A stretch of DNA of 52,656 bases from the IMG/VR virus record IMGVR_UViG_3300031801_000001, positions 1 to 52,656 of that record, one strand, 5' to 3'. The notes beneath the pieces were generated by a model that ran no database searches, was not told where the DNA came from, and saw nothing but the letters and a program-made list of their open reading frames with translations. This DNA comes from a virus. Its lineage: Duplodnaviria; Caudoviricetes. A program made the position numbers and the translations under genes. This document shows positions 26,053 through 36,417 of this stretch, piece after piece; within the stretch, counting starts at the first letter, position 1, and the number at the start of each line of letters is the position of its first letter.

Positions 26053-27659
26053 TCACTTACTTCTTCTAACTTTCAAGAATCGGGAGACTTTTTGACCTTC
26101 CCCCCAAAACTTTTTGTTCTTTCTATCGTCAGTCACCAAGAGAGTAGAAATAAACTTCTTTCCATCGCCTCTCCAACCATCACTGACGTTAAACCTGTAG
26201 AGTTCTAAATTTCCATAAGGTCGTTTTGGTTCTTTCTTTGCGTACTTCTTACGGGGGGGTTTGATATTTAAGTGTGCAACACATCCATTTACAATATCTT
26301 CCTCGCTCATACCTTCCTCAAGAAGAGAATCGATATCAAGTCCAATAATGTGAGCAGCAATCACCCACCTCTCTTGACCAAACTCTTTCACGTTCCAGAA
26401 AAATGAACCGTGATATCTGCCCTCACGAAGCTTTTCATCTTCCTTAGCCAAAATTGTATACTTTTCAATTGTGCGAAATAAACATTTAATTTTCTTCAAT
26501 TTCTAACCCTTTAACAAAGCTTTACCGTGCAACTTGCCTTCAATAACTTCAGGAGCGCCAATCACAGTAAGATCGATTCCATTATGTCCCCTCAACATAG
26601 AAATTGTTGAAAACTGATGATTCTTATCCAACTCTTCTGGAAGTTTTCCTTCTGTCAAAAGCTGTTTGAATCGTAAATCTTCTCTAACAAGAACTACATG
26701 CTCAGGGTTAATAAACACTTCACGAAATCCATACGACGAAACATCAGACTCGATTGAATGTTTTGCAACCCCTCTATTGTTTACAACCTCTGTCAACTTA
26801 ACAACCATTTTTATTCTCCTTATTATCTTGTAAAAATGTCTCTTTCACGAACTAACCAAGTCTGTCCATCGTGTATGATCCTACAATAAGGATCGCCGGG
26901 AGAAGGCTTGGAAAGTAAAACTACGTTAATAGGTTCCTCAAGCAACGTTGCTCGGCTCATACCTCGATTGCTTTCAGCAATCTGCATTAAATAAACATTG
27001 GATGGAATATAAACCAATTCCCCTATATTATTCAGCATCATTAGACTCCTCAGGTAATGATTCTAATGTTGGCAAAGCTTCTATTTCCGCTGCTTGGGCG
27101 AGAGTGTCTGCTAACGCTGTGGCTTCTTTTTGCTTCAAAATAGTTAAAAATCCTTTAAGGATATCTTCGCAATCTTGAAGTCTAACATCTGTTTTTGACA
27201 ATGAACATCTTGTACTTTCAACGTTGAACATAGCTTTTTCAATGGACTCAATTAAATTTCGCTCACGGAGATCATCACTTGCTAAGTTCAAACTCATTCG
27301 CGCATCTTCCAAAGCAATTCCAGCACCGCCAATTAAATCAATCAATTCTTCAGGAATGTCATCAACATCTACTGTATACTGAATTTTTACCTTCATATTT
27401 TCTCCTACATATAATATAAGCACTAAACTTCATCTTGTCAAGCTATTCTTGAAACTATTTTTAAATATTTAATTGCAACATCAGTGGTGGCATTTACACG
27501 ATCCAAACCTTTAAACCAACGAACGCTCACCTTTATTTCAAGAGGAGATTCCCAATGGTTCGGCGCTGCCTCTTCAAAAACTACACCCATAGGACTAAGC
27601 TCAGGAAGCCACCAAGAAAGTGTAACCATGTCTCCGATTTGAATCTTTTCCTCACTCAT
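26053..27659 (-). CDS. Run of five hypothetical genes (26053-26499, 26503-26808, 26823-27041, 27028-27396, 27438-27659); 26823 and 27438 are SH3-like
   Basis: Tightly packed ORFs; IGELVY and IQIGDMV motifs. Confidence 0.6.
27413..27441 (-). promoter_or_regulatory. Sigma70-type promoter
   Basis: TTGACA-N17-TATATT. Confidence 0.75.
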
Positions 27660-28435
27660 TTCTTATACTGCTTAATGTTTTTTTCCTCAACCTCAATCAT
27701 TTTAGTATGACCAAATGGTAAAACTTTATATTTCTTTGATCCCTGAGGTTTCGATGATGTGATTCCTGAAGAATTTGCGACAATCACCGTTGCCATTTTG
27801 TTGGCTGATACGTATTCACCTAAATCAACCATAGCGACAAAACCTTTACGGAACTCAACAATGCTGCCGGGTTTATATTTTGAAAGAGAACGCACTTCAA
27901 CCAACAACTCTTTTGACTGTGGACTTTCACATAGTTTTTTATATTGTCTCTTGGACAAAATCTTATTGGGAATTTGACGAACACTAAACGCCAACTCGTA
28001 TAAAGAACTAGAATAGTAGCTATATTTCATGAAATCAGTCGTGGTCCCTCGCCGTCGCCGAAGGCGACCATCTTTTGTTCGTCTCCACATACGGATGTAA
28101 TATTCAGCACAAATTCTTGCTATCTCTTGCTTACGTACACCATAAGAATCAATCCACTTTTGGCGGCGGTTAATAGCTGACGGGGTATATCTGTTTGAAA
28201 TTGAATTTAACTGTCCTACCTCTTGTTTAGACAATCCTTTTTGAAGGTGAAACTTTTCACGGAGAGCTACAAGTTTCTTCTCGTCATCAAACAAATATTC
28301 CACACCATCGATATCCAAAATCCTATTGATTTTATTCAACAGATTGGATGTTGCATCAAAACCGGGCGCCCAATGCTTTTTACGACTACGATGCTGGCGA
28401 TTGATGAGATTGCGCTTAAGGTGGTTGTTACTCAT
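27656..28435 (-). CDS. Paralog of 5060-5728
   Basis: IARICAEYY, KKYKVLPFGHTKMIEVEE. Confidence 0.7.
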   Translation of the reverse strand: MSNNHLKRNLINRQHRSRKKHWAPGFDATSNLLNKINRILDIDGVEYLFDDEKKLVALREKFHLQKGLSKQEVGQLNSISNRYTPSAINRRQKWIDSYGVRKQEIARICAEYYIRMWRRTKDGRLRRRRGTTTDFMKYSYYSSSLYELAFSVRQIPNKILSKRQYKKLCESPQSKELLVEVRSLSKYKPGSIVEFRKGFVAMVDLGEYVSANKMATVIVANSSGITSSKPQGSKKYKVLPFGHTKMIEVEEKNIKQYKK

Positions 28436-28442
28436 TACATAT

Positions 28443-28471
28443 AATATAACAACGATTTAAACAAATGTCAA
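28443..28471 (-). promoter_or_regulatory. Sigma70-type promoter
   Basis: TTGACA-N17-TATATT. Confidence 0.75.
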
Positions 28472-28476
28472 GGGTT

Positions 28477-29310
28477 TTATTGTATGGCAGCAAGAAGATG
28501 TTTAATTGCCTTGTTCTTCTCTTCTTCGTTGTATGAAATATCTTTTATATAATCAACAAACCCACTCAAACGTGGAGCGATTGCTGGAACTGATAAAAGA
28601 TATTGAACTAAATCTTCAAAAGTATTTATATCCTCTGGATTGGCATCTAATCCTATGGCTTTCAAAATCTCAACTGGTTCTGAAATCTTGCTACCGATAT
28701 TTTGCCATTTTGTTTTACTTTTAGGATCGTCTGGATCAAATTGAAGGGGGAGTTCCTTTTTCTGCAACCCGCCAGGATAAGAAATTACATTGCGGGAACG
28801 AGGAGTTCTTTGTAAACTGGCAACATAATTCAATAGAAAGTTTCTAAATGCTCCCTTTACTTCACTCACACGGCGTCCAGTCATCAACCACGATGTATGA
28901 GTAATGTTAGGAGACGCCATTAAATCGATCTGAACAAATTCATTGCTTCCTACAATGGGATATTTTACTGCAATATTCTGTCCCAACAACTTGACGTTGT
29001 TATCTCCTATTGTTTTTTTAAGTTTAGATGTGAGATCGTTCTTAAACTCTATTACGTCAGAGTCTCCCGAACTAATAACAATATCCAAATCTCCTGATTG
29101 TGATTTCTTGCCGGTCGAACCAATTGGTTGATATTCCATAACGCCCGCCGGTTTTAAATATCTTTCAAGAAAATCATCAAGTGTGGACTGAACTGCCGCT
29201 CTTTGTATAAAGGTTGTCTCGCTTCTACCATCTTTGTCTTTAAAAGCTTCGCCACCTTCAGTGAGGAAGGTAAATTCACGCCAATTTTCAAACAATAATT
29301 TCATACTCAT
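28477..29310 (-). CDS. Pol-beta-superfamily nucleotidyltransferase with W-leader
   Basis: IGSTGKK-SGDLDI and VQIDLM catalytic Asp pattern; MKLLFENWREF. Confidence 0.7.
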   Translation of the reverse strand: MSMKLLFENWREFTFLTEGGEAFKDKDGRSETTFIQRAAVQSTLDDFLERYLKPAGVMEYQPIGSTGKKSQSGDLDIVISSGDSDVIEFKNDLTSKLKKTIGDNNVKLLGQNIAVKYPIVGSNEFVQIDLMASPNITHTSWLMTGRRVSEVKGAFRNFLLNYVASLQRTPRSRNVISYPGGLQKKELPLQFDPDDPKSKTKWQNIGSKISEPVEILKAIGLDANPEDINTFEDLVQYLLSVPAIAPRLSGFVDYIKDISYNEEEKNKAIKHLLAAIQ

Positions 29311-29322
29311 AATATTAAAAAT

Positions 29323-29592
29323 TTAAATAATTTGTTGTTTGAGTACGAGAAAAAGTATACCCAAAAGCCCAGGGATGATAATCCAAACAACCTTAGTGTA
29401 AGTCGCTTTCCAGTTCTCTAATACACGCAAGCGAGCATAGATTCCCTCATCAGGATTATAGACGGCTTCCTTGATTTGCTTAACATCTACAGCCATTACG
29501 TCCTGCTTATCTTTCAAGGACTCAATTCCATCTAAGGTTCTTTGTATTTTAACATCAAGTTCAATAAATTCGATACTACTTTCTGTTGGCAT
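29323..29592 (-). CDS. Coiled-coil protein with a C-terminal TM helix (holin/XhlA-like architecture)
   Basis: Coiled coil then VVWIIIPGLLGILFLVL; ACTAGTTA upstream. Confidence 0.5.
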   Translation of the reverse strand: MPTESSIEFIELDVKIQRTLDGIESLKDKQDVMAVDVKQIKEAVYNPDEGIYARLRVLENWKATYTKVVWIIIPGLLGILFLVLKQQII

Positions 29593-29609
29593 GTCACCCA
29601 TAACTAGTA

Positions 29610-31178
29610 TTAAATCTGTACAATGGCATAATTTGTTGTGATTAATGTAGAAATCACTGACGCTGCATTTTGTAATGCACACCGCACAACTTTGGTTGGA
29701 TCTACCACTCCACCTTCAAACATATCAACCATTTCGTTTTTAACGACATCGAAACCAATATTCTCTTCGCTCTCTTTTAGGGTTTCTAATAAAAGCTCTG
29801 GGGATTTCCCGGCGTTGAGCATAATCTGTCTAAAAGGCGCATGGGCTGCAGTGCAAACAATATCAACCCCAATTTGTTGTTCTCTATTATCTAATTCAAG
29901 CTCCAAATTTCTTGAAGCTTTAATAAGAGCAGAACCTCCACCTGGAACAATCCCCTCTACTTGAGCAGAACGGACAGCCTCTAATGCATCTTCTACTCTA
30001 TGTTTCTTTTCAATCATTTCGATCTCTGTTGGAGCACCAACTTTAATAATTGCCACTCCGCTAGCCAATCTTGTGATTCTTTCCTGAATTCTTTCACACT
30101 CGCTTAAATTCTCTGTTTGAACAAGTTCCGATTTAAGTCCTTCTATCCTCTCATCAATCTTTTCGTAGTTTGCCTTTCCTCCAATAATTGTTGTACTGTT
30201 CTTCAAAACCTCAACCGTTTTTGCAGTACCCAAGTGCTTAAGCTCCACGTTTCTAATTGCTAACCCAGAGTTTCTAGTTACAAATGTGGCTCCAACTGAA
30301 AGTGCAAGATCTTTTAATATTTCTCTTCTTTCCTCGCCATACTTTGGCGCTTTGACTGCGACAATCTTCATTGTGCCACGAATTGCATTCATAATAAACG
30401 CAGCCAACGCCTGTCCTTCGATCTCATCTGCAACGATAATCAAAGGTCTTCCATCTCTTGCAACAATTTCTAAAACCGGAATGATTTCTTCGACGGCATC
30501 TAATTTATAATCAGTCACCAAAATAAATGGTTCATCATATCTGGCAGAACTTTTTCTCTCGTTAGTGATAAATTGTTTTGCCACATATCCGGCATCAAAC
30601 CTGAATCCCTCAATAATATCGAGACTAGTCTCAGACGATCTAGCTTCCTCAACTGTAATTGAACCGTCTTTGCCAATTTGATCTACAGCAGTCGCAATTA
30701 ACTCACCAATAGTTGTATCTCCGTTGGCAGAAATAGTTGCAATGTGTGCAATATCTTCTTTCGATCTGATTGGTTGTGAAAAGGAAATAATATTCCGAAC
30801 AATAGCTTCAACTGCCTTATCCATTCCCTTTTTAATTTCAACTGGTGAGATATCTGAAATTGAAACACTAACCGCCTTGTCAAACATTGCTCTTGCTAAT
30901 ACTGTTGCAGTTGTTGTGCCATCGCCAGCATCAGTATTTGTCTGCAGCGATACTTGTTTGACGATTTGTGCTCCTAAGTTTTCAAAGGGATCATCAAGTT
31001 CAATAAACTTTGCCACGGTTACGCCGTCTTTTGTAATAATGGGGCTCTTATCTTTCAACTTGAGAATAACGTTTCGTCCTTTCGGACCCAAAGTGGACGC
31101 TACATTGTCTGCCAGCGTATCGATACCTCTTTTGATTTGTTGCTGCAACTCAACATTAGAATTATAAATCTTGGACAA
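29610..31178 (-). CDS. groEL: Chaperonin GroEL
   Basis: TLGPKGRNV, ITKDGVTVAK, AGDGTTTATVLA, GIVPGGG. Confidence 0.97.
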   Translation of the reverse strand: MSKIYNSNVELQQQIKRGIDTLADNVASTLGPKGRNVILKLKDKSPIITKDGVTVAKFIELDDPFENLGAQIVKQVSLQTNTDAGDGTTTATVLARAMFDKAVSVSISDISPVEIKKGMDKAVEAIVRNIISFSQPIRSKEDIAHIATISANGDTTIGELIATAVDQIGKDGSITVEEARSSETSLDIIEGFRFDAGYVAKQFITNERKSSARYDEPFILVTDYKLDAVEEIIPVLEIVARDGRPLIIVADEIEGQALAAFIMNAIRGTMKIVAVKAPKYGEERREILKDLALSVGATFVTRNSGLAIRNVELKHLGTAKTVEVLKNSTTIIGGKANYEKIDERIEGLKSELVQTENLSECERIQERITRLASGVAIIKVGAPTEIEMIEKKHRVEDALEAVRSAQVEGIVPGGGSALIKASRNLELELDNREQQIGVDIVCTAAHAPFRQIMLNAGKSPELLLETLKESEENIGFDVVKNEMVDMFEGGVVDPTKVVRCALQNAASVISTLITTNYAIVQI

Positions 31179-31228
31179 TTCTATCTCCTTATTTGTTTAA
31201 GTAATTTTATCACCATAATCGATGATGT

Positions 31229-33319
31229 TTAAACCTTTCTTAATTTTAGTTTTTCTTCTTCACGTTCAAGGGTTTGAACGCTTGCATCTAGAATATCTTC
31301 AATCTCTTTCAAAACGCCTTCGCCAGCATCATACTTCAAATACTTGGCATATTCAACAAAAGTCATAATATCAGTCATACCGTGCTTCTTTTCAAGTAGT
31401 GTTCTCCAAGTATGTCGCTGTGACGAACGAGAAAACTCATGTTTAAGTCTAATGGCGAATACCTTTTTTTGAGGCTTAGGAAGCATTGAATTCAGTTTCT
31501 TAATTACCATATCCAATATATCGTTCTCAGATAAAACCCCATAAACCAAATTAGAAGAAGTTTGTTGATTGAGGTGTCTACTGACTACCATTTTAAACGC
31601 CTTTGATCTAATTTTCTCAAGAGCTTTGTTAGTTAATGTGCGTCGTCGGGGCGTGGCTTTCTCAACCATAGCATCAAATTCTACTTTCATTTCTGGTTTT
31701 AACTCAAAAAGCCTTTCGGCACTGTTTGCGTCAAAAAAATCAGCTAAGTATTCACTTCCTTTAGATAGTGATTTTTTAATTTCACTTACCTTAACCTCAA
31801 ACTTATCTTCAGGACATTTCACACCGGGAGTAAAGAGACATATACTTTCTCTCTGAATTGAATTTGCTATTGAAGTGTAAACCGTTGGTTGATTTACCAC
31901 GAAGTTTCCATACTCCTCTAAAATTCTTCCAGTTTCTATTCTAGAAGAGTCAAACTCAAAATGCCTTGAATATTTTGCAATTAACCCAGGAAACGCCCTA
32001 ATGGTAGTTTCTGCACTTGTTCCCAAATTTACATATTCCATATCAAGCTCTTCTTTTGTTTTGGTAATCATGATCGCTAAACCGCCCAACATTTGAATCT
32101 TGTATTTCTCTTCGTTGAGTTTTTCATTAATGCTGTTGGCAAATGCCAAAGCAGTGTCATTCCAAACATCAATATGAACTTGAATTGTTTTAGGATCGTG
32201 CATTTCGTCACTAGATGGAGCCGAACCACAAGGAGCGCCGGGGTTAGATTGTGGTTTGGTATATGAATTATCAATGCAATTATAAAATTTAACTGCATCA
32301 ATAGGCATTGCGTTTTGTTGCAAACCGAACTTCAAAAACATGTACTCAATACCACCGCCAACGGCTCCGCTCTTGCTAGTTTGCCTGCCCGAGCCGGGTC
32401 TACCAGTTTGAAAAATTTGATCGCTGCCTTTCTTTAGGGAATAACTAAACAATAACGTTCCCGAATCATCATCACCAATTTTAACAAATGCATCTGCAGT
32501 TGTAGCTAAATTGGCACTAATGCCATCTGCAACCACGCTCAATGTAGTAAGTGAGTCAGTAATTTTCTTAGATAAATTATCTGAATTCAGTTGGTTTACA
32601 GTGTCGGCTACGATATCTTCATAGCCTCTTTTCCCACCACCAGATTGATTCCAAAACGCAGCAACACTGTTAGCTATTTGATAGAATTCTTTAACTACAG
32701 GATTAAGTTTCTGTTGAAGCAAGGTTAGCGCCTTTTGACGTTCAACGTCATCGTTCTCTGTATTTAAGATAATAGCCGACAACATAGCCCAACTATCTGT
32801 ACTGTCTGATTTAAGATCCAGTAAGTGAGTTATAATGTACTCATGTTGAGATTGCAATTCATTTAAAGTATCTGGCAACTCACCTAAAGGAAGAAACAAA
32901 GTAACCATATCTGGTGCGTTGAGAGCGATCTTTAAATTGACATTAATACCCTGCGGAAAATGGGAACTAAAATCATTAATACTAGGTATCATTACCTGTA
33001 AAATTTGTTGAGCCTCCGTGGAACCTTTCCTATATTCAGAATACAGAGATTGAATAACGGAAACAATATCATCTTTACTAATCGGGGAGCCTCCTTGCAT
33101 CGCGGCAATCAACCCAATAACAAAAATCCCTTCAGCAGTATTTCCCATATTAACAGGAACTCTGCCCCTTCTAATAGATTGTCCGGCGACGATATCATGA
33201 TTGGCTGTTTTCGCCAAACCCTCACCAACAAGCTTAACGATATCCTCAAATAATAATTGGTCAGCCCTCTTTGAGAAAAAGTGTCTGACTTGCTCGTTAA
33301 CTATTTGTTTCTTGCTCAT
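31229..33319 (-). CDS. Large hypothetical protein, possible PD-(D/E)xK nuclease
   Basis: GNTAEG...TADAFV...YSLKK spacing. Confidence 0.45.
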   Translation of the reverse strand: MSKKQIVNEQVRHFFSKRADQLLFEDIVKLVGEGLAKTANHDIVAGQSIRRGRVPVNMGNTAEGIFVIGLIAAMQGGSPISKDDIVSVIQSLYSEYRKGSTEAQQILQVMIPSINDFSSHFPQGINVNLKIALNAPDMVTLFLPLGELPDTLNELQSQHEYIITHLLDLKSDSTDSWAMLSAIILNTENDDVERQKALTLLQQKLNPVVKEFYQIANSVAAFWNQSGGGKRGYEDIVADTVNQLNSDNLSKKITDSLTTLSVVADGISANLATTADAFVKIGDDDSGTLLFSYSLKKGSDQIFQTGRPGSGRQTSKSGAVGGGIEYMFLKFGLQQNAMPIDAVKFYNCIDNSYTKPQSNPGAPCGSAPSSDEMHDPKTIQVHIDVWNDTALAFANSINEKLNEEKYKIQMLGGLAIMITKTKEELDMEYVNLGTSAETTIRAFPGLIAKYSRHFEFDSSRIETGRILEEYGNFVVNQPTVYTSIANSIQRESICLFTPGVKCPEDKFEVKVSEIKKSLSKGSEYLADFFDANSAERLFELKPEMKVEFDAMVEKATPRRRTLTNKALEKIRSKAFKMVVSRHLNQQTSSNLVYGVLSENDILDMVIKKLNSMLPKPQKKVFAIRLKHEFSRSSQRHTWRTLLEKKHGMTDIMTFVEYAKYLKYDAGEGVLKEIEDILDASVQTLEREEEKLKLRKV

Positions 33320-34169
33320 GCCGCAAATCCTCTAAAATCTCATCCAACTTTAACCCAGCACAATCAATCTTTTTCTTGGTCACATTATAATGATTTGCAA
33401 CGCCCCTAAACTTTCTTTCACCTATAGACTCGTCAACAGTTTCAAGTAGTTTTCCATCCTTTAAAGGACACTTAAGTTCTATTCCATAATGTTCATGAAG
33501 AGCTATTAGTAAAGCATTGAGAGCGTTAACTTGAACTTCATAATATCCCAAGTGAGCACCTAATCTTCTACCATGAACTCGGGAATTTAAAACAGGACGA
33601 TTTCCAAAACCTCTCTTTCTATACCAAGATTGATATTTTGTATAAAATGCATTACTGAAATCGATTCCAATGCTTATTTTGTTTACTTTGCCTGCGTGCC
33701 ATGCAATATCGTTTGTATCGACCATTTGAACAATTGTTCCATCATTGTCAATAACAAAATGAGTTGAATACTTTCTCTTTCTCAAAATCTTGTATGCTGA
33801 ATTTGCAGACAAAGCTGCATCCCAATGTAAAATGGCTTGATATGGCTTGCGTTCTTTTTTTGATTTCTTAAAAGTAAAAGTAGGAAGAGGATGTTGTCTG
33901 ACTTTCCCCCACGCTATGGGAATCTTATCCCCATGACAAATAATATAACTTACTGATTCAACTAAATCTTTGTTTGCTTCTCTTTCAGTCATGATTAGCC
34001 GATAAGTCTCCTTCCCGCATAATCCGTCAACTTTTACATTAAAACGCCGCTGAAATGATTCAATTGCTTCAAGTAAATTATTATCAAAATTAAGTGTTCC
34101 AAACCACTCAGGCTTCCAACCAAGTTTAAGGGCACTTCTTTTATTCCATCTATTCTTCCAGTAAGACAT
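33297..34169 (-). CDS. N-acetylmuramoyl-L-alanine amidase (Amidase_2) with PG-binding domain; endolysin
   Basis: FQRRFNVKVDGLCG; ILHW, STHFVID, AWHAG, SIGID, HY...KIDC. Confidence 0.85.
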   Translation of the reverse strand: MSYWKNRWNKRSALKLGWKPEWFGTLNFDNNLLEAIESFQRRFNVKVDGLCGKETYRLIMTEREANKDLVESVSYIICHGDKIPIAWGKVRQHPLPTFTFKKSKKERKPYQAILHWDAALSANSAYKILRKRKYSTHFVIDNDGTIVQMVDTNDIAWHAGKVNKISIGIDFSNAFYTKYQSWYRKRGFGNRPVLNSRVHGRRLGAHLGYYEVQVNALNALLIALHEHYGIELKCPLKDGKLLETVDESIGERKFRGVANHYNVTKKKIDCAGLKLDEILEDLRHEQETNS

Positions 34170-34200
34170 TCGCTATCTTAATTAGTTCGAAATATGAACT

Positions 34201-34839
34201 TTAGACAATTTCATCAGCAATTCCATACTCAACAGCTTGGTCGGCTGTTAAATAAACATTTGTATCTCGTTCCATTAGCTCACGAATAAACTCTTCAGTC
34301 ATATTGGTTTCTTTAACGAGAGATTTAATATTCTGTTCCTGAGTCCAATTCACTTCTTCAAGTTCGCTTCTGAGTTCATGCAACGAACCTTGATGGTGCG
34401 AAGAAACACTATGAAGCATTACACGACAATTTGCACCAATCTTTCTCTTACCCTTAGTCCCTGCCGCTAAAATTAAAACACCAGCCGACATCACCTTGCC
34501 AATACCAACAGTATGAATTTCACAATCCTTCCTAACCATGCGCATAACATCATAAACTGCAAACATATCAGCAGCCGCCCCGCCGTGAGTAGAAACATAG
34601 CACTCAAATGACTTATATGATACAGTACCATCATCATCGACTTCCTTGCCTTCGTCTTTAAGCGTCAACATTGCATAAATTAGCTCAGAACACTTAGCTT
34701 CCTCAACTTCACCATAAAGACCAATAACTCTAAGTCTTTCTCGCTCTGATTCGGAGGGAAAAAGCATAACATTAGATTCCGATTGAGTTTGTTCAGCCCC
34801 CTCAGGGGTTTCATCTTCCGGCTCTTTGCTATAATTCAT
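34201..34839 (-). CDS. clpP: ClpP protease subunit
   Basis: STHGG, GKVMSAG (catalytic Ser), RVMLH, YLTADQAVEYGIAD. Confidence 0.9.
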   Translation of the reverse strand: MNYSKEPEDETPEGAEQTQSESNVMLFPSESERERLRVIGLYGEVEEAKCSELIYAMLTLKDEGKEVDDDGTVSYKSFECYVSTHGGAAADMFAVYDVMRMVRKDCEIHTVGIGKVMSAGVLILAAGTKGKRKIGANCRVMLHSVSSHHQGSLHELRSELEEVNWTQEQNIKSLVKETNMTEEFIRELMERDTNVYLTADQAVEYGIADEIV

Positions 34840-35222
34840 TTTTTAACCTTTTTTTTGATTTCGTATAATCTACCAGAACGTTTTTGTTCATAAAGAGGAT
34901 ATGGAAAAGTTTTTCCCCACTTTACAAATGCAGCTTGGGACGAAAATTCTCGATAACATAGATAAATTTCATACTTCTTTTTAGAATTATATCCCCCCTT
35001 GTTAATTCGCCAACCATCTAATGAACGAGAAATTCTACTCTTGTTCTTTAAATTGACACCATCAACCTGAAGACAAAAACTAACATCATTATTCTCTGAA
35101 GGTAACTTCCATACAACAGCTTTCACTTTACTCTCCTTTTCTTTACTGCTTTTCTTTGCTTTTTGCATATAATTTATCGCCTTTCCGTTGTAAGAATCTC
35201 TTACTACAACATCTTTAATCAT
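34836..35222 (-). CDS. Basic hypothetical protein
   Basis: ORF overlapping both neighbours. Confidence 0.55.
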   Translation of the reverse strand: MIKDVVVRDSYNGKAINYMQKAKKSSKEKESKVKAVVWKLPSENNDVSFCLQVDGVNLKNKSRISRSLDGWRINKGGYNSKKKYEIYLCYREFSSQAAFVKWGKTFPYPLYEQKRSGRLYEIKKKVKK

Positions 35223-36417
35223 TTTTCTTCAGTACTAATTTAATCACTTCTTCTATGTTTGTCAACCCTCTAATTGTAGGAACGTGGGGTTTTTTGTGTC
35301 CCCCGGAGCCAGCAACGTCATCAGTGGCAGTTCTTTTTGTTTTTGGTATTATATTTTTCAAATCTAATTCATCAACATCTGACAATGCGAGGGCTGCGGC
35401 AATAATATGATCATTGTTTGCATATTTTGAATGTCCAAGAGCAGGAATTATATCTGTGAAATTTTGTCCAATAACTCCGTTAGAAAGAGAAACCAAAGCA
35501 CGCATTCCTTTAAATATTTTTCTTCCTCGGGGATTTAAAGGTCCAGCATTTGCATTGCTCAAAAACTGTGCAGTGTCATTTTGAATATTTTGTAAAATTG
35601 CCATAGCAATTTGTGGAGTTATGTTTGCAAACGGCTTTACGATTTGTCCCAAATCATCTTCAACTTCTTGACCAATCATTTCATCAGTAACACCGGACAA
35701 ATATTTTCCATAACTATCCGAATCACAAACCCTATCAGAAAGACAAAAAATATTAGGAAAAACAGCATCGCCAAGAAGAGTAACATTGGGCAAAGCACGA
35801 AGTTGTTCAAAATAGCCTTCCGACGCTACAACATCTTCTTGAAACTGGGTGGAAATTTGTTTAGTAATCGTTTTTCCAACTGTTCTTTTTCGCTCTTGAT
35901 CTCTCTGAATTGAAAATTCCGTTGGAACGTTAACCTGTACAACTGCAACATCATATCCAATATGAGCTAATGACTCAATTCTATTAGTTAGTTTTTCCAC
36001 ATTTTCGCCAGTTGTATCAATAACAATGGGACTACCCTTTAAAATTAAATTTGCCATATGGCTTGAAGCTGCATTTTGAGCAATAGCTCTTGCTGCCATT
36101 TGTATTTTTTCTAATCTCTTGCTCTCTGGAGTTGATTCAAGATCATACGCAAATTTTAAACTGATTCCAAATCTAGTGAAAATATCTTCTGCTCTTTCAT
36201 CAGAACTTGTATCATTAAACTCTTTGGGGAAGTTCATATAATTTTTGATAAAGGTCTTCCCCGATCCTATCGGACCAAAAATAAATATTGCTTTAAATGG
36301 ATATTTCTCCCTTAAAATGCTGACTTCATTTAAAGGAAATTTAAGAAATATTGATTTATCTTCCTTAATCTCGTTAATTAAGGTTTTTATCAATATTTTT
36401 ATATTTGTCGTTTTCAT
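35215..36417 (-). CDS. P-loop kinase (Zeta toxin/AAA_33/PNK-like)
   Basis: KAIFIFGPIGSGKT, IVIDTTG, RDQERKR lid. Confidence 0.7.
   Translation of the reverse strand: MKTTNIKILIKTLINEIKEDKSIFLKFPLNEVSILREKYPFKAIFIFGPIGSGKTFIKNYMNFPKEFNDTSSDERAEDIFTRFGISLKFAYDLESTPESKRLEKIQMAARAIAQNAASSHMANLILKGSPIVIDTTGENVEKLTNRIESLAHIGYDVAVVQVNVPTEFSIQRDQERKRTVGKTITKQISTQFQEDVVASEGYFEQLRALPNVTLLGDAVFPNIFCLSDRVCDSDSYGKYLSGVTDEMIGQEVEDDLGQIVKPFANITPQIAMAILQNIQNDTAQFLSNANAGPLNPRGRKIFKGMRALVSLSNGVIGQNFTDIIPALGHSKYANNDHIIAAALALSDVDELDLKNIIPKTKRTATDDVAGSGGHKKPHVPTIRGLTNIEEVIKLVLKKND

Noticed and set aside
35215-36417. Zeta-epsilon toxin-antitoxin module
   Set aside because: Only a generic P-loop kinase pattern is visible, with no recognisable antitoxin.
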